In this document: one piece after another, positions 1 through 10,130 of the stretch
Layout: the number at the start of each line of letters is the position of its first letter
Numbering within the stretch: the stretch's first letter is position 1
From: Lama guanicoe
Lineage: Eukaryota
Direction of reading: 5' to 3'
Assembly (NCBI GenBank): GCA_013239625.1
Contig: MU053933.1
Span: 2,691,026 to 2,751,025 of the forward strand
Length of the DNA stretch: 60,000 nucleotides
Translations under genes and position numbers: made by a program
Notes under the pieces: generated by a model
Told to the model about the DNA's origin: nothing
Databases searched by the model: none
What the model saw: the letters and a program-made list of their open reading frames with translations, nothing else

Positions 1-429
1 GGTGGTTTTATTGCCAGTGAGATATCTGCTTCAGCTAAATCCCCACCAGCAGGATTGCTGGGCCAAAGGCCAGCTCCAGGATTTCTGCTATTTTTTTTTA
101 ACCAAAACTGATCACAATAATTTATTGAGCACTGTTTGCAGAGGGGTTGTGTTCAAGTTGGTTCAGGGTCAGGACCCAGGCCATCCTGAAGTCTGTACAG
201 GATTACAGACTCGTTACCCCTGATGCAGACGAATTACAGACCCTGTAAAAGAAAGAACAAGTCTGTACGTGCTGAGCAGAAACGACGGTCTACCACGTCT
301 GCTGTGTTGTTCACTACCTGAGCATGCTCTCCCTTTTCACCACGGTTGACTGGTTTAAAAAGCATCCATTTCAGTAGATGCAATATTTATACTAATAACA
401 CTCACTGGCAGACATTCATTGAAGTTTTT

Positions 430-605
430 TTTTTTATGTTCCTGCCATCCTAGTGGGCACTTCCCATGAATTCTCATGTTTAATCCTTATGATGACCTGA
501 AACAGGGGCCCTATTTTATTTTATTAGTTGGGAATCCAGGGCTCAGAGCAATCAGTGGCCCAAAGTCACACAGCTGGTCAGAGGCACAGCTGGGGTCACA
601 CTGGT
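430..605 (-). mobile_element. MIR SINE fragment
   Basis: Degenerate MIR core in reverse orientation (tttaatcct...cccaaagtcacacagct...cagagg). Confidence 0.6.
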
Positions 606-643
606 CCCTTAAATGCAGAGCTCACTTCTGCGACAGGGCATCA

Positions 644-823
644 CCCCTGCACCTCCTGCACCGCCTGCACCTCCTGCATCTCCTGCACCGCCTGCAGCTC
701 CTGCACCGCCTGCACCGCCTGCAGCTCCTGCACCTCCCGCACCGCCTGCACCTCCTGCACCGCCTGCAGCTCCTGTACCTCCTGCAGCTCCTGCACCTCC
801 TGCACCGCCTGCACCTCCTGCAT
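644..823. repeat. 9-bp minisatellite, 20 units (consensus CTCCTGCAC / CGCCTGCAC)
   Basis: Counted directly: 180 bp, exactly 20 in-register 9-mers. Confidence 0.95.
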
Positions 824-1119
824 CCCAGCCCCCCACCCAGCCCTGCCGCATGCGGGGGCAGAGCTACTGAGGAGACGCTGGAGATAAAAGGAGGGACTGC
901 GTTTGGGAATCGTATTCTCCTCCGTGTTCAGAACTCAAAACCCAACATGGCCTCATTGCTCCCTGGGGCTAAAAATTAATAGAAGTCCAACTGACCTGTG
1001 GGTGCCAAGCCAGCTCTGTCCCCCTGGACACCAAGAGGGACACCCCGTCAACTCGGATCCTGGTGTGATCTGCAGGACTCGGGCTGCGGCCTCCGTCCCA
1101 GGGCGAGATGCCTGGAAGC

Positions 1120-1465
1120 TGCTGCCTCACCTGGTGAAAGGGAAGGTGCAGGTGTGCGTCAGGAACTAAACCTCTGACCTCAAAACAGGAGGCTGTCCTG
1201 GGTTATCCAGGTAGGCCCAGTATGAGTCCCTAAAATGGAGAGAGGCAGGCGGGAGGCGGAGATCAGCAGCGTCGTGGGCACTGACCCGCCAGGTTGGCAA
1301 GAGACAGCATGGCCATGAAGATGCAGGAGGCACACGGAAATCGTGAGCAGGACCGGGTCCTGCCAACAGCCCAAGGAAGATGAGAGCTGATTGTGCTGGT
1401 GCCTCCAGATGAGACCCTGTTGTTTGAAGCCCCGGGTGTGATGACCCGAAGCAGCCAAGGCTGCA
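1120..1465 (+). mobile_element. MLT1-type (ERVL-MaLR) solo LTR, degenerate
   Basis: MLT1-like segments (cctgggttatccaggtaggccc; ctgttgtttgaagcc...gcagcc). Boundaries approximate. Confidence 0.55.
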
Positions 1466-1611
1466 CCTCATTGCAGGGCCCGGAGCATCTGTCCCCTCTC
1501 CGGCTCATGTCCCATCAGCAGAGGCTCCCGGCTGGGGACAGGACAGGCCCCCGTCCGGCTTCGAGCCTCTTATAAGCAGCACAGAATTCAACTTTAAACA
1601 GTCACCCTAGA

Positions 1612-1730
1612 GGGGAGGGCACAGCTCCGTGGTAGACGCGTGCCTAGCACGCACGAGGTCCTGGGTTCAACCCCCGGTCTCTCCACTAACATAAACAAAC
1701 TTAATTATCCACCCCGCAATTTTTTTTAAA
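1612..1730 (+). mobile_element. tRNA-derived SINE (camelid Vic-1-like)
   Basis: GGGGAGGGCACAGCTC head, Pol III A box and B box (GGTTCAACCCC), A-rich 3' part. Confidence 0.85.
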
Positions 1731-4259
1731 TCAGTCTAATCTTTTACTCAGTCTAGTCTTTAAACTGGAGTTTTTCTCTGTTGACACTTGCTGGGACTTC
1801 CAACATACTTGGGTTTACTTCTATATCGTGTTGATGAGTTTGTCCTTTTCCCTCTTGTTTCCTCCTGTCCTGCCTTTTGTGGGTTTGAGTCACTTTTTTT
1901 CTTATTTCACTTTCTCCTTTCAAATTAGCCTGAGAGTTACACTGTCTACCTGTCTCCTCTGGGTGGGGAATCTCAAAGCTTCATCCACCATTTACCTTAA
2001 AAAGTTCACACTCAGTCTCTTTGGACGGGCCTCTAACGTCCTGTGACCCTGCGGCGCGCTGTCTCTGGCTGCCCCAGCCCGCCCCCCGGCTCGCAGGCAC
2101 CACTGGCCACTGCTGATCCCGCCCAGCCGTCCCAGTCCCACGAAGCAGGCGCTGCTGTGACCCGGAGGGGCCGCGTGTGCGAGCCCGCTTGTGGCTGTGG
2201 TCTCCTTGCCCTGCTGCTCCGGGGCTACATTCCTTCTCCAGGCGATTCACAACGTGCAGCAGCTGCTTCAGCGAGGGCCACTGATGGCTTCACTTTGCCC
2301 AGAAGTAACATCTGTTTTCCTCCGATTCTTGGCAGTTCTGCTGGCAACACAAATCCAGGCTGACAGTGATCTTTCCCGGGTCTGAAGGCACTGCCCGTCT
2401 CTCGGCCTCCGAGGCCGCCCTGTGGGTGAGCAGTGGAGCACCGAGCCCTCGGGGGCGCGGGCTCCCCCGGCGCGGGCTTCCGCAGTTCAGCCGTCACTCA
2501 CACGCAGGTCTCTTGACTTAAGCTGCTGGGGGTCGCTGGGCCTTTGGAACACGAGGGTCAGTGTCCAGAGAATCCTCACCCAACACCTCTGACCATGGCC
2601 TGTTTTGCGCCCCCCCGCTCTCTTCCTAGAACACCCGCTGGAGACGGGCCGGCCCTCGTGCTTCCTTCCCGCTCTGTCTGACTTCTGTGCAGGCTGCGTT
2701 CTGGGACCACCACCACCCTGGGAATTCAGGCCACTCATCATCTTTCAGGTGTGTCGCATGTGTTGTTTAACTATTGCATGTCTCACTTCAGTCGTTACCT
2801 TTTCTTTCCAGAGGTTGTATTTCATCTTTGACGGCATCTTGTTCCTCCGCCACATTTTAGCACCCTGTCACTTCTGAGAACGTGCGAATCGCCGCCACCT
2901 TATGTTCTGAGTGGATTTTCCTGGCGTCCACGGGGGCTGGGGCTGGCTCGTCGCGGCTGCTTCCGCTGACGGTTGCCCCTGGTGGGTTGCTTCCTGTGCG
3001 CCAGGGGATCTCGTGTTGTGAGACCAGGCCCACACTGACAGGACTCTGGAACGCAGCAGGACTGCGTTCCTCCAGAGGGCATGCTGGCTTCTGTCAGGAC
3101 CCGAGGCCACGCACGGGGAAATCCGTGTGCGCACGTGCGTGTGCGTGCGCGTGCATGCTTCAGAAGCGCCCACCTGCCCACCGTGCACAGCCCGCTGTGA
3201 GGACAGTGGCCTAAGGACACAGGGCTGCACTGGTTTGTCCTGAAAAGGCCTTGTTAATAGAAGCGGAGATTTGGTCTGTCACAGGTCATTTCTTGCAGCA
3301 TCCGGACCCCATCGGGCAGCTGGTGTGGCATCCGCGAGTGCCGGACGGCCCAGGGACAGACGGGGCCGCTGGCCCGCCCCTGACCCGGGAGCCAGGGGCC
3401 GGCTTGCTGAATCTGCAGACCAGCCTGGCTGGCTTCTTGGGTAGGGCGCTGGGCCCCCGCCAGCCTCCCCCCGCAGCCCCTCCGGTTCCTCTTCTCTCTC
3501 ACATTGTGTCTGAAATTCCAACAATGGCACAAACGCTTTCAACAGGCCCCAATGATGACGGCTCTTCTGAGACTCTGCAGCTCTGCCATCAGACACGGCG
3601 GGAATGGAAGAGTGGCCGCGAGGTAGTGGCCAGGAAGGCCCTGGGCTCCCTCAGGAACGGGCTCCACATCCTCCCAGCAGCTGAGAACACACCCTGGCCC
3701 TCCCTTCCCACAGCCCCGAGTGTCACCTGGACCCTGGCTTCCAGGCTGTCCCCTCTTGTCTACACAGAGCCTCCGGGGGCCCCTCCCTCCCCCCTCTCAT
3801 TGCCCACGAGACTCACTCCTACCCCTGCCCCACGGCTTCTCTCCCACGTCCCAGTCAGGCCCCGGGTCACACAACTTCCTGCCACCTCAGGCACCCAGAC
3901 ACACGCCGCGGGGCCTTTGCACTTGCTGTCCCGGGGCCGGCCCCTCCCCCGCCCGAAACCCCTGTTTTCCTGCTGTGCCCACTGTCCTCTGACGCAGGAT
4001 GTCCCGCTGGCTGGTCGTTCTCCGGGATGCAAAACCGAGGAAGTCTGCTGCCTCCTCCTCGGTGCCGAGAAGAGGGCTGTTCCCAACTTCCCACAGCCGT
4101 GGACTTTCTCAGACAGGTCTTACAGCCAGCAGTCCTGAGGACGGGGGGGCCGGGCGGTGTCTCCACAGTGTGCTCACAGCCACCAACATGGACGACACAG
4201 CGGCCAACTTTCTTCACAGAAGACGGTGGCCACAGTGCAAACACTTGCTACAGCTCTCG

Positions 4260-4325
4260 GCCGAAAGAGAACGCAGAAGCACAACCTCTAGAAAATGTAC
4301 TTTATTAATATCTGAAGTACAAACA
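4260..4325 (-). terminator. POFUT2 polyadenylation signal region
   Basis: Minus-strand AATAAA at 4306-4301, upstream TGTA (4321-4318) in U-rich context, and a downstream GU/U-rich element (TTGTGCTTCTGCGTTCTCTTT). Confidence 0.75.
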
Positions 4326-5083
4326 GAGAAAGAATAAATATTCGGTCACCCAGCCCTGCGTGGCTGTGAGCCACACTACAGGACCCCAGCGCGCACCCAG
4401 GGCCATCTCAAGAGCCTGGGAAGGAGACATAAGAGGGACCTGAGGCTCCAGGCTCTGCAGGGCTCCCCGTCCACACTGTGGCCTCACCAGTCACCCAGGA
4501 GTTGTGGGACTGGGACGCCTGGTCAGAGGCGACGGGGTGGGGGCCCCCTCGTGTGACCATGAAGGCCCAGCACAGGGCTCTGTGGACCAGTCCAGGACCC
4601 CCATTTGGCAGCTGGTCTCCAAGGCGCCACCGCAGGCTGGAGTGACCGCCCGCGCCTCTCAGCCCCACCGCTGCCCCAGAGGGGGGCCGCCCGAGGCCTC
4701 AGATCTGTGGCTGCACACGGGCCCACGGGGGAGAAGGGCAGGACCTCGGACTCTGCTCTGCAGCCACCACAGGGGCTCAAATGACTGAAACCCTGCGAGT
4801 CACAGGTGCCACCAGCGCCACGTCCATACGCCCCTGGGGCAGAGCCTGCGGCGTCACACCTGCCCGGGGCAAGCCGGCACCTCAGTGCTGTCACAGGGGC
4901 CTCGCTGGTCACAGTGACATGGTCCCGGACCCTGATGCAAACAAAACCCAAGGCCCAGGGCAGGCGTGGGATGGACCCGCGTGGCTCCCCAGGCCTGAGC
5001 CCCGAGGGGCATGGCCAGCTGGTGGGGCGAGGACGCACATCCTCAGGGGAGACAGGCACAGCCGCGTGCAGGCGGCCGGGCGG
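4285..5083 (-). other. POFUT2: POFUT2 3' UTR (approximate end)
   Basis: Lies between the stop codon and the first canonical minus-strand poly(A) signal. The cleavage position is inferred. Confidence 0.65.
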
Positions 5084-5237
5084 TCAGTACACGACCCTCC
5101 AGTGCGTGGGCTGCTCGCACGCCGGCTCCTCGTCCCCACAGAAGCGGTTGTAGGTCGTCCTGGGGTCCAGGCCCAGGATCTCCCTCTCCTCATGAATCCG
5201 GAAGGAGAACGTGGAGACCGAGGTGCCGATGAAAACC
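5084..5237 (-). CDS. POFUT2: POFUT2 exon 9 coding part ([19 protein letters not shown]...[11 protein letters not shown])
   Basis: Acceptor ctggcag, stop TGA at 5086-5084. The nine exons sum to 1290 nt = 429 aa + stop. FIGT..STFS motif present. Confidence 0.97.
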
Positions 5238-5916
5238 CTGCCAGGGAGCGCCAGGTCACCGGGGCTGCCGGGCAAACGCACCGCCCGCCAGCCGTCCGCC
5301 TCCGCCGGGGCCCGCCCGGGCCCCACAGCCCCGCCGGCCGGGGTCCCCATCACGAGATGCCCAGACACCAGGCTGCCGGGAAGGCTGCGGGTGCTGGTGT
5401 GAGGGAGACAGGGCCCGCGTCAGGGGCAGCCTCCAGCCTCCACTAGATTTTTGGCTGCTCGAGGCAGGAGGAAGTCTCTTCCAGGGAGATGTCTTGCAAC
5501 AGACCTGCCACAGGTATGTCCCCAGGATGTCACCAGCTTTAAGCCCAAGGAGGTGGCGGAGCAACGCCCGTAACCTCCCCCCGCCAAGCCTTGAGGCTGA
5601 GCTGGGGCTGCTCCCTGCAGCCCTGCTGGGGCTGAGTCTCCCGCACCCCGGAGGGGCGCAGAGGAGCGGGCCCTCTGCCTGGAGGTGGCGCCCCCGGGGC
5701 CCTTCACAGCACAGAACACCTGCAGCCCTGCAGGAAAACAGGTCCGCGAGCAGGCCTCTGGAGCCGGCATCCGGGAAGCTTGAAGACAGGGGAAGCGACC
5801 TACCCTGCCTTTGTTTTCCACTTTACTCCAGGGGTCCCAGGGTGCAACCCCAGGACCCAGGCCCAACTGCTCCCCGGGAGGAGGGGGGGCACAGGGCGGG
5901 GTGCCCGGCGGCCCAC

Positions 5917-6040
5917 CTGGCGTGCGCGCAGACCCACTGGTCGACGATGGCGACGCCCCCGTCCTTGTAGAGCTCCAGCTCCGCCCCCGTGGGCTCGAAG
6001 CGCAGCATCTGGGGCAGCAGCCTCCTCAGCTCCTCGTACT
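5917..6040 (-). CDS. POFUT2: POFUT2 exon 8 ([18 protein letters not shown]...DQWVCAHAR)
   Basis: Acceptor ccgcag, donor GTGGGC. 124 nt. Confidence 0.97.
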
Positions 6041-6182
6041 CTGCGGACACAAGCAGGCCCGTGGGGCCGGAGCCGAAGGCGGCGGGCACGGCTGCAGATG
6101 TGGCTGCGTGGGTGGAGGAGGGGACCGACCCGACCCTCTGGAACCCAAGAGCGCAACGGGGAGCGGGAGGCGCGCCGCGCAC

Positions 6183-6363
6183 CCTTCCTGACGGCGTCCG
6201 TGGCCACGAAGACCTTGTCCAGCCGGTGGGTCTCCATGAGGCTGCGGATCCTCCTCACGGCTCCGGCCAGGCTTGGCACGTCCTCCCTGTGCCCCCAGAT
6301 GAAGTCCTTTCTCCTCAGGTGGACGCCGAGGTACGGGCCCCCCAGCGAGGAACCCAGCTGGAC
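6183..6363 (-). CDS. POFUT2: POFUT2 exon 7 ([21 protein letters not shown]...[10 protein letters not shown])
   Basis: Acceptor ttgccag, donor GTGCGC. 181 nt. Contains the fucosyltransferase HLRR and VFVATD GDP-fucose-binding motifs. Confidence 0.98.
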
Positions 6364-7274
6364 CTGGCAAAGGAGGACGGGACAGGCTGAGCCCACGGGG
6401 TCGGCGTCCAGTGCGGCAGGAGGCGAAGGGGGACGCAGAGTCCGAGCACCTCCACGCAGCAGGGGCCACACCGGGGTCCGTCCAGGGACCGATGCTCAGG
6501 GCAAACCCCGGGGGAGGGGGCTGGACGTCTCCTCAAGACCACGAGTGACCAATGACCCACACCCTTTCATCTGAGTGAACAAAGACGAGTAAAGGAAACA
6601 CTGGAAACAAATACAAACTAGATAAAAAGAAAAGCCTTCAGTTCAATGTTGACGCTTCCAGTGAGACCTGTCCACGCGCCCTGGCGCTTATCGCGGGAAC
6701 GACGCTGCTCCACGTGAAAGCAGCGCAAACGTCCTGCGAAGAAAGACGGTGAAACAGCATTCCTCTCTATGAAAACACTTTGCTGTTAAAACCTACGTGA
6801 AAAGGAAATCATTAAAACAATTACACTAAAAATGCCTAAAAATAACAATAATTTGAAAAAGCAGCATATAATTCATCGAAAGTATAAAAAAAGCCAACCT
6901 TTCAGAAAAAGTTCTTTCCTAAAAAGGACAATGCTGGAACAAAAGGGTGTTCGTGGTGCCCCTCGGGGGGAAGGCGGAGGCGAGCCCTGGTGCCTCCGAC
7001 GGCCTCTCGCTTCTACTCTCCCATCTGCCACCTCGCTCCACTGTAATGACCACCTGGGCTGCAGCCCCGCAATAAGTTCCCACCTCGCTGAAGAGGAACC
7101 GGTACTGACCAACAGCCCAACGTCTGCACCAGGACAAGGGGCTCCCGGCTGCCGGGCGGCATCCACAGCAAAGCCAGCACCCCGTTCTAACCTTCCCTGA
7201 GCAAAGGGACTGGTCACCGGGCATCTAAAGGGGTAACTTTGGCGTCCTCTGACCACAAAGATGTGGAGAGCTAC

Positions 7275-7400
7275 CTTCATCTTGGTCCAGTCCTCCTCAA
7301 AGGGGGTCCTGTCGGCCTCGTCGGTGGAGTTGAGGTACTTGCTCCTGAACTCGTCCCCCACGGCCCGCAGGTGCCGGGCAAACACCATGCTGCGCCGGGT
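7275..7400 (-). CDS. POFUT2: POFUT2 exon 6 ([26 protein letters not shown]...EEDWTKMK)
   Basis: Acceptor ccgcag, donor GTAGCT. 126 nt, phase 0/0. Confidence 0.97.
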
Positions 7401-8458
7401 CTGCGGGCACAGAGGGCACTGTGAGCGCCTGCCCCGCACAGGGCCTTTGCCGGGCGCCCCTCTGGCCCCAGGAGCAGCCCGAGGAGCTGCAGGCACGCCA
7501 GGACAGCGAGCCGGGCCCGGGCAGCGCAGACAAGCCGCCGCCCGTCTGCGAGGGGGAGGAGTGTCACGGGGAGTGGACCACACTGAGTCCGGGCGGCACC
7601 GACAACCCTCCCCTCCTGAGAGTCCCCTGGGCCCAAGGGACAGAGCGCTGGCCGAGAGAAGGTGGCTGGCAGGCGGGGAGTGCGGGGGGGGGGTCACCAG
7701 CAGTAACAGCCAGATGGGGACCACAGAGCTGACAAAGACACAGAGCAGCTGTGTCCACAGTGAGGACAGCTGCACCTCCACGCTCCCGACACCACCCGCC
7801 CAGGAGGCGCCCAGGTTGCACGCCGAGGCAGCAGGGGTCTCAGCTGGGGTGCTCTGCACACACCTGGCCTCTCCATGCCCCCCATGCTGGGCAGGTCCCG
7901 AGAGCTGCGAGGGCAGCGGCTGAGAGGGGACGTGAAACCCATTCCCTGGGGCTCCTGCCTGGGCCAGGGGACAGACAAGCCGCTGCCCAGAGATTACAGA
8001 AGAGCAGGCGCAGAGATTACAGAACACAAACATATGCTCCTGAATGCAGAGATGTGCTTTTCTTTGTCAAACGTTAATGCCATAAATCACCAACCTGCCC
8101 CTCAATGAACAAACCTGGGAACCCCTCAGGCAGAGGACACCACGCCAACTGTGCAGAGACACGGGCAGCAGGGGGCGGCCCCAACACAGGCGCCGTGCTC
8201 CGTCCACCCTGCCAGAGCCAAGGTCAGGGGTCCAGGGAAACCGCTTCCCAGAGGGGCCTCCGGAGAGGTGACCAGGGCAGGCGGGTGCGCCCCGCCGGGA
8301 GCCCAGGACCAGAAGGGCGGGAGAAGAAAACGGGCTGGAGACATCGGCCCTGGGAGGGCCCAGCATCCGTCCGTAATCTAAGAGAGCTGGGATTTACCTA
8401 AAACTTCCATTTCATTCCAACAGCAGACAAAGTGCGCCTCGTCTAAGAACCCGCCTGT

Positions 8459-8545
8459 GCAGGCCTGGGCCCCCGGGGGCACGCGAGCAGTGGGCAGGCC
8501 CGCGCCTCAGGGGAGCACACGAGCAGAGGGCAGGCCCGGGCCCCC
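8459..8545. repeat. Degenerate ~36-bp tandem repeat, about 2.5 copies, in POFUT2 intron 5
   Basis: gcaggccc..gcc...gcac(g/a)cgagcag(t/a)gg recurs with period 35-36. Confidence 0.7.
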
Positions 8546-9028
8546 ACCTCGCAGCCAAAGGCTCTTCTCAGGAAAACCAAACTGGCCTGTCCTGGCCTGC
8601 AGGGCCCCCGACGGGCAGAGCTGGGCCACCTTCCCAACCAGACCCCTGACAAGTAAGCCGTCCCCAATGCCAAGGTGACATGGCCCATCTCCCGCCTGTC
8701 TTGGCCGTTCACTCGCCCAGAGCCAGCACCTCCCTCGGCGCGGGTCCAAGTCCAACCCTGACTCGAGGCAGAGATGCCCCACCGCTCACAGCTGGAGACC
8801 GAGCCAGGGGCGCCGGCTCCAGCTCGTGATCGCCCACGGGGAAGGATGCCCAAGCAGACGCGGCCGCCCCGTCCAGCCCCCGCCCTGGACACCTCATGTG
8901 CGGGCTGGGCCCCTCCACGGCTGTTAAAACCTTGTGACTTTAGGCCGCGAGGCTGAAAACAAGAGGGGCCGAGTGTCTCGGGTTTGCTAGAGCTACAGGG
9001 GTGCGGGCGCCGGCCGGGCAGCACTCAC

Positions 9029-9095
9029 GTCCCAGTACTCCTTCCCACCGTAGTGGTCGTGCAGGAGGGTCTCGGCGCGGTCCAGCATCACAGAC
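9029..9095 (-). CDS. POFUT2: POFUT2 exon 5 ([22 protein letters not shown])
   Basis: Translated by hand. Acceptor aaaccag, donor GTGAGT. 67 nt, phases match neighbouring exons. Confidence 0.96.
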
Positions 9096-9939
9096 CTGGT
9101 TTTAAACAACAGGAAAAGAGACAGTTTTACTTTCAAAATGATTCTGCTCCGAAGTTCAGACAGCGCTGTCAACGTGGGAGGGCCCTGAGCCCGGGAACAC
9201 TCTGGGCTGAACTCTGAGATCGTACCAACCTTGCCAGGTCACCTGGGGGCATTTGGGCAATCACTGCCAACCCTCTCAAAGGAAGCTGTCTGCAGCGCCA
9301 CGTGATTCTGAGAGAGCTTTTACTTCCTAAGTGACTCTGAACATTCAGAGTCTCTCCTGCCCCAGCCACGGAACTGGGTGAGCTCACAAGCAACCTGTGC
9401 CCATCAATGCAGAAGAACACAAACCCACAAACAAACAAGATGAGCAAACAGAACCCAGCAGCGCGCTGAGAGAGTAGCAGACGTGACAAAGGGAGTTCAT
9501 ACCAGGAAGGTTCAGTGTTACAACACCTGCAACTTAACTCACCACGGTACCAGGCGAAGGGCAAACCCCTAAGACCGCGGATACCACAAAGGGGGAAAGG
9601 TCAGCGTTTACTCCTGTTCGTAAAAATCGCCTGAATGAAACAGAGCCTAGGTTCTCCTCATCCTGTCGTGTTCCTCCAGCCAGAAGCCGGCCCCTTTCTC
9701 AGTGAAGGCTCAGTTCCCTCCCGCACAGCGAGGCTGCCCGCTACGGAATAATCGAGCGCCCTGAAGAATCAGAACCTGCGGGAGGGACGCTCCAGAGACA
9801 GGCCACGTCCACGCAGGCCTGGGCGACCCAGGGGGCTCGACGCGTCTGGAGAGCGGCCGGCTCACAGAGCTGCCGACGGGGAAGTGGGTGGGGTGACCAG
9901 GGCCCCCATTCTTAACCCCAAACAAAGCCTCAGTGGCTC

Positions 9940-10130
9940 AGAGTTAAATATGAAAACTGAAACTATTGAAGCAAAACATGAAAGACTCTAAGAATATTTG
10001 GATAAGGTTAGACTGAAAAATAAAAATCCAGAAACCTTTAAGGAACACACAGACTGATAAGTTTAAATGCATAAAAACTTAAAACTCCTGCAGAGAAAGA
10101 AACTGGCAAAGGATCTGAAAAGATGCACTA
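9940..10130 (+). mobile_element. Ancient L1 (L1M-type) ORF2-region fragment
   Basis: A-rich island with L1-like phrases (aaatccagaaacc...ataaaaacttaaaact). Confidence 0.45.

Noticed and set aside
644..823. Possible CRISPR-like array
   Set aside because: Tandem units have no unique spacers, and the context is mammalian.
476..979. His/Leu-, Cys/Thr- (metallothionein-like), Pro/Ala- and Gly/Ala-repeat ORFs
   Set aside because: All are translations of the stop-free 9-bp minisatellite, and the longest begins inside a MIR. There is no exon or promoter support.
1612..1685. tRNA genes (also at 57.65-57.73 kb and 58.27-58.35 kb)
   Set aside because: The A/B boxes are followed by a SINE body and A-rich tail, and the stems are degenerate. 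These are tRNA-derived SINEs.
3251..4138. 295-aa plus-strand ORF
   Set aside because: Non-ATG start, low-complexity Pro/Ala/Gly/Arg composition, no recognisable domain. Expected in stop-poor GC-rich DNA.
4333..4338. Plus-strand AATAAA suggesting a convergent transcript end
   Set aside because: It is the complement of the U-rich upstream element of the POFUT2 poly(A) site, and there is no supporting plus-strand exon.
6873..8033. 386-aa minus-strand ORF
   Set aside because: Only 7275-7400 (POFUT2 exon 6) is coding. The rest is open intron sequence.
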